This document shows positions 60,007 to 64,000 of a stretch of DNA of 64,000 nt, piece by piece. Within the stretch, counting starts at the first letter, position 1. The number at the start of each line of letters is the position of its first letter. Under the pieces are notes generated by a model, which worked only from the letters and a program-made list of their open reading frames with translations, searched no databases and had not been told where the DNA came from. This DNA is from a bacterium (GTDB lineage Bacteria > SAR324 > NAC60-12): positions 1,536,001-1,600,000 of the forward strand of contig OZ242383.1 of the NCBI GenBank assembly GCA_965209155.1, in the 5' to 3' direction. The position numbers were made by a program, and so were the translations under genes.

Positions 60007-60681
60007 TTATTTTCGGACACGATACGTTTGCAAATAGGTTTCAATTCGTTGATAATTTCCCTTGGTCAAAACCACCTTGCCATCAATCTCACGTCCTTGC
60101 AGGTAATGACAAATTTCTTCTATGGAGACGATGGCTCTCACCGGGATTTTGGTTTCGACCTGCAATTCGAGCACCGTGTCTTTTCCCTCCATATTGGTTT
60201 CCATACGGTCCACTGCGATCAAGATGCCACAAAATTTTGCAGGAAAAATCTGCCGCACTTGCTTGATAGCTTCGAGCTTGGTAGTTCCGTCGGTGATGAC
60301 ATCGTCAACCATCACAACGCGGTCAGTCGCGGTGGGGAGCTTCCCAACCAGGGTTGTTCGGTCCCCGTGGGTTTTGGCTTCTTTGCGGTTAAAAAAATAG
60401 CCGATGTTGTGGTCAAAATGAGCAGATAAGGCCATCACGGTGGAAAGGCAGAGGGGAATTCCTTTGTAAGCCGGACCGAAGACCAAGGTACTCTCAGGAG
60501 CCAAATCACAAATTGCAGCTGCATAAAAATATCCTAATCGAGAGAGCGATGATCCTGAATTGAAAGATGCTATGTTAAAAAAATAAGGTGAAATACGTCC
60601 GCTTTTCAAGGTGAATTCCCCAAACTGCAATGCATTTTCTTTGACTAAAAACTCAATAAATTCTCTCTTATAGTTTGACAT
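60007..60681 (-). CDS. pyrE: Orotate phosphoribosyltransferase
   Basis: FTLKSGRISPYFFN, FGPAYKGIP, VDDVIT. Confidence 0.96.
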   Translation of the reverse strand: MSNYKREFIEFLVKENALQFGEFTLKSGRISPYFFNIASFNSGSSLSRLGYFYAAAICDLAPESTLVFGPAYKGIPLCLSTVMALSAHFDHNIGYFFNRKEAKTHGDRTTLVGKLPTATDRVVMVDDVITDGTTKLEAIKQVRQIFPAKFCGILIAVDRMETNMEGKDTVLELQVETKIPVRAIVSIEEICHYLQGREIDGKVVLTKGNYQRIETYLQTYRVRK

Positions 60682-60971
60682 ACCCTTCTGCTTCTTGCGT
60701 CAGACAACTATCTAAAAAAAATTCTCTGCTGGCTCAATCAGAGCTCTCGACAAACTTGAATATGTCGAATTATTCTTTATACTTTTATTTATAAATGAGG
60801 GGTAACGGAGTTTTTGCTCCTTCAATAAATATTTCGAGGTAACAGGCATTTGACATCAGCTGTCTCTGCAACCATTCTATAACCCGCAAACACAGGCTTA
60901 TCTCAATCATTCTTCGTCAGAATTTTCTAACTCATATCGTCAAATATTGCAACTTTTCATAGAGTCGCGCC

Positions 60972-61907
60972 GTGCCCCTTTATAATGACATCTTGGAAAC
61001 AATCGGAGGCACCCCAATCGTAAAAATCAACCGTTTGACGGGAAATGGAGATGCCGGGGTTTATGTGAAACTGGAAAGCTTCAATCCGGGGGGTAGCGTA
61101 AAGGATCGGACGGCGTTGGGAATGATCCTCGATGCGGAAAAAGAGCAACGACTGAAACCCGGAGCCACAATTGTCGAGCCGACCACTGGAAATACTGGAA
61201 TCGGACTGACTTTGATCGCTGCGGTACGAGGATATGGCATGGTCCTGACGATGCCGGATTCCATGAGTTTCGAACGTCGGGCGATGATGGAACACATGGG
61301 AGCCTCCATCATTCTCACTCCAGGCGAATTGGGCATGCAAGGTGCGATCGAGATGGCCCACACCCTGGTGGAAGAACGGGGTTATTTCATGATGTCCCAA
61401 TTCAGCAATCCCTCCAACCCCGCTATCCATGAAGATACCACCGCGCAAGAAATACTGAAAGACTTCCAAAACACCGGATTGGATTATCTCGTCAGCGGTA
61501 TTGGTACAGGTGGTACGATGTCCGGAACAGGTAAAATTTTAAAACGAAATTTTCCCGGAATTCAAAATATTGCTGTAGAACCCGCCCATTGTGCCGCAAT
61601 TTCCGGGGGTCCTTTGGGGATCCATGGCATTCAGGGACTCGGCGCCGGGTTTGTTCCCGACAACTATCACCCGGAATGGGTGGATCAAGTCATGCTGGTC
61701 AGCGAAGGAAATGCATACGATACCGCACGAGCAGCCGCCTCTCGGGAAGGAATTTTGATCGGGATCTCCTCAGGAGCGAGTTTGTGGGCCGCATTGCAAA
61801 TCGCCAAGTCAGCAGTAAAAGGGAAACGCATATTGGCCATCTTGCCTGATGGCGCAGAACATTATATGAGTACGCCTTTGTTCATTCAAAAGAAGAGAGC
61901 AGTATGA
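60972..61907 (+). CDS. cysK: Cysteine synthase A
   Basis: [24 protein letters not shown]. Confidence 0.95.
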   Translation: MPLYNDILETIGGTPIVKINRLTGNGDAGVYVKLESFNPGGSVKDRTALGMILDAEKEQRLKPGATIVEPTTGNTGIGLTLIAAVRGYGMVLTMPDSMSFERRAMMEHMGASIILTPGELGMQGAIEMAHTLVEERGYFMMSQFSNPSNPAIHEDTTAQEILKDFQNTGLDYLVSGIGTGGTMSGTGKILKRNFPGIQNIAVEPAHCAAISGGPLGIHGIQGLGAGFVPDNYHPEWVDQVMLVSEGNAYDTARAAASREGILIGISSGASLWAALQIAKSAVKGKRILAILPDGAEHYMSTPLFIQKKRAV

Positions 61908-62857
61908 ATAATGAAAAAGGACTGGACGCGGCGGTATCCTCCATATTGGAATCCTATCGTAAACATCCCAATCTGGAACGGATTGGTAAAAAACAATTGC
62001 CTGCCCGAGAAGACATCATTCTCTTAGTCCAAGACATTCAAATGTTGCTGTTTCCCGGCTTCATTCGGGAAGAACAACTAGAGCCTCTCGAACTGCCTTA
62101 CATAATCGGACAAAAGACTGTTTCGATATTCAAACGTCTGCAAATTTTTATGGAACAAGTCTTATGCTGGGAAATCGCCCAGGAAGGTGTAAACTGCCAC
62201 GACGATCCTTCCTTTGCGTCTCAAGTAGAACATATTGCCATGGAATTTCTTGAATCCATCCCTCACATGCGGGACATACTGGCAGAAGATGTTTTTGCTT
62301 TCTATGAAGGCGATCCTGCCGCACGCAGCCAACAGGAGATCATATTAGGTTACCCGGGGATCAATGCTCTCAGTATTCATCGTATTTCTCATTTTTTTTA
62401 CGAAAAAAACATCCCTCTTCTTCCTCGCATTATGAGTGAGTACGTACATTCCCAAACCGGGATCGACATCCATCCTGGCGCAAAAATCGGCAAGGCCACC
62501 ATGATTGATCATGGAACCGGAATCGTTATTGGAGAGACCGCTGTCATTGGTGACGATGTCCGCATCTATCAAGGGGTAACCATTGGAGCGTTGAGCCCCA
62601 CAAAGAAAGTGGATCGTCCATGGGATAAACGTCATCCTACCATCGAAGACCATGTGGTCATATATGCGGGAGCGACCATCCTTGGTGGTAAAACTGTGGT
62701 AGGAGCCCATTCCATCATTGGAGGCAATGTCTGGCTCACCCGTAGTGTGCCTCCCAATAGTCGAGTTGTGTGGGATGCAAAAGCCAACCAATGCTCGGTC
62801 GAAAAGGAAGAGATTTTGCTGGATCCCGAAACCTCGTCAAAACCGATTCAGGTCTAG
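61904..62857 (+). CDS. cysE: Serine O-acetyltransferase
   Basis: [25 protein letters not shown]. Confidence 0.93.
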   Translation: MNNEKGLDAAVSSILESYRKHPNLERIGKKQLPAREDIILLVQDIQMLLFPGFIREEQLEPLELPYIIGQKTVSIFKRLQIFMEQVLCWEIAQEGVNCHDDPSFASQVEHIAMEFLESIPHMRDILAEDVFAFYEGDPAARSQQEIILGYPGINALSIHRISHFFYEKNIPLLPRIMSEYVHSQTGIDIHPGAKIGKATMIDHGTGIVIGETAVIGDDVRIYQGVTIGALSPTKKVDRPWDKRHPTIEDHVVIYAGATILGGKTVVGAHSIIGGNVWLTRSVPPNSRVVWDAKANQCSVEKEEILLDPETSSKPIQV

Positions 62858-63005
62858 ATCTTGATTTTTAATGAGATTCGTAAGAATTTAAATGCATGCG
62901 TGTTTTCAACCCGAATTTTGCCAAGAATTGATCTAAGCGTTGAGAATGTCCGTAAAAATCAGAACCACATTCCAGCCGACCGGCGATACGAATAGAGGTG
63001 AAATA

Positions 63006-63317
63006 ATGGGGCAAAATGGTTCATTTGAAAATCATGCGTTAAAAGAGTCAAAAACTAAATTACGTCCCCCTCCTTTGTATCAAGTTTTAATACATAATGA
63101 TGACTATACGACCATGGATTTTGTGGTTCATATTTTAGAAACAATTTTTGGTAAAAGTCCTTTAGAAGCCTCACGCATCATGCTTAACGTTCATAATGAC
63201 GGGGTTGGGGTTTGTGGAGTTTATGACTTTGAACTTGCGGAAACGAAAATTGAGGCAGTCCACGCCGTTGCCGAACAATATGAATTTCCTCTAAAGTGCA
63301 GTATGGAAGAAATTTAG
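63006..63317 (+). CDS. clpS: ATP-dependent Clp protease adaptor
   Basis: [20 protein letters not shown]. Confidence 0.95.
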   Translation: MGQNGSFENHALKESKTKLRPPPLYQVLIHNDDYTTMDFVVHILETIFGKSPLEASRIMLNVHNDGVGVCGVYDFELAETKIEAVHAVAEQYEFPLKCSMEEI

Positions 63318-63330
63318 AGGAGTGGAGAGC

Positions 63331-64000
63331 ATGTTTACCAAGGATCTAGAGGTTAGTTTGATGGTTGCTCAACGGGAGGCCAAGAATCGAAGGCATGAGT
63401 ATCTGTGCGTGGAGCATATTCTCTATGCATTACTCAACAATGAAATGGGAGCGCGCATCATCAAACGTTGTGGCGGAAACATTGATCAGTTGAAAGAGAG
63501 CTTGGAGGAGTTTTTCACCAAGCAGGAAACGGTTTTGCCCAAAGGGGACAATCCCCAGCAAACGCTCGCAGTGCAACGCGTCTTGCACCTGGCAGTCATG
63601 CATGTCAACAGTGCAGGAAAAACTACGGCTGATGTAGGAGACGTATTGGTTGCCATTCACCGTGAATCCAAGTCACATGCCTCTTATTTTTTGCAGAAAG
63701 AAGGCATCACTCGTTTGGATCTACTCAACTACATCTCTCATGGTATTTCCAAAGTTCCGGTGGATGATGAAGATCCGGACAACAATCGGGATTTTTCGGA
63801 AGAAGCTGAGGAGTCAGAGGACCGGAGGCAACGTAATCCACTGGCATTGTATACGCTCAATCTGTCACGATTAGCCGCTGAAAATAAAATTGATCCTTTG
63901 ATCGGACGGGACTATGAGTTGGAACGCACCATCCAAATCCTTTGTCGACGCCGTAAAAACAACCCGATCTACGTGGGCGAGCCTGGAGTGGGAAAAACCG
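63331..64000 (+). CDS. clpA: ClpA ATP-binding subunit, N-terminal part (runs off window end)
   Basis: [35 protein letters not shown]; follows clpS. Confidence 0.95.
   Translation, partial: MFTKDLEVSLMVAQREAKNRRHEYLCVEHILYALLNNEMGARIIKRCGGNIDQLKESLEEFFTKQETVLPKGDNPQQTLAVQRVLHLAVMHVNSAGKTTADVGDVLVAIHRESKSHASYFLQKEGITRLDLLNYISHGISKVPVDDEDPDNNRDFSEEAEESEDRRQRNPLALYTLNLSRLAAENKIDPLIGRDYELERTIQILCRRRKNNPIYVGEPGVGKT

Overview
Bacterial chromosomal window. The gene content looks deltaproteobacterial or SAR324-like, which is inference only. Housekeeping genes (mpl, glmU-like, mutS, hemJ, purQL, fxsA, ispD, scpA, queA, prmA, pyrE, cysK, cysE, clpS, clpA) flank two integrase-free accessory regions (~6.7-42.8 kb and ~50.2-55.7 kb). 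These hold five paralogous family-5 (Opp/Dpp/Nik) ABC modules (SBP + two permeases, never an ATPase), catabolic enzymes, about eight toxin-antitoxin loci (five with broken toxins), three integron attC-like sites, IS256/IS3/IS5/IS66 remnants and many short gene shards. Main candidate for an undescribed system: a reusable leader in front of divergent SBP genes, made of a sigma70 promoter, a heptamer tract, a covarying structured RNA ending in a U-run, stacked in-frame RBS+ATG units and a shared signal peptide. A second one is a family of non-autonomous IS66-derived elements. One copy carries a Uma2 nuclease gene between exact 8-bp target duplications, and their right end contains a candidate small RNA. 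All alignments and folds were done by eye.
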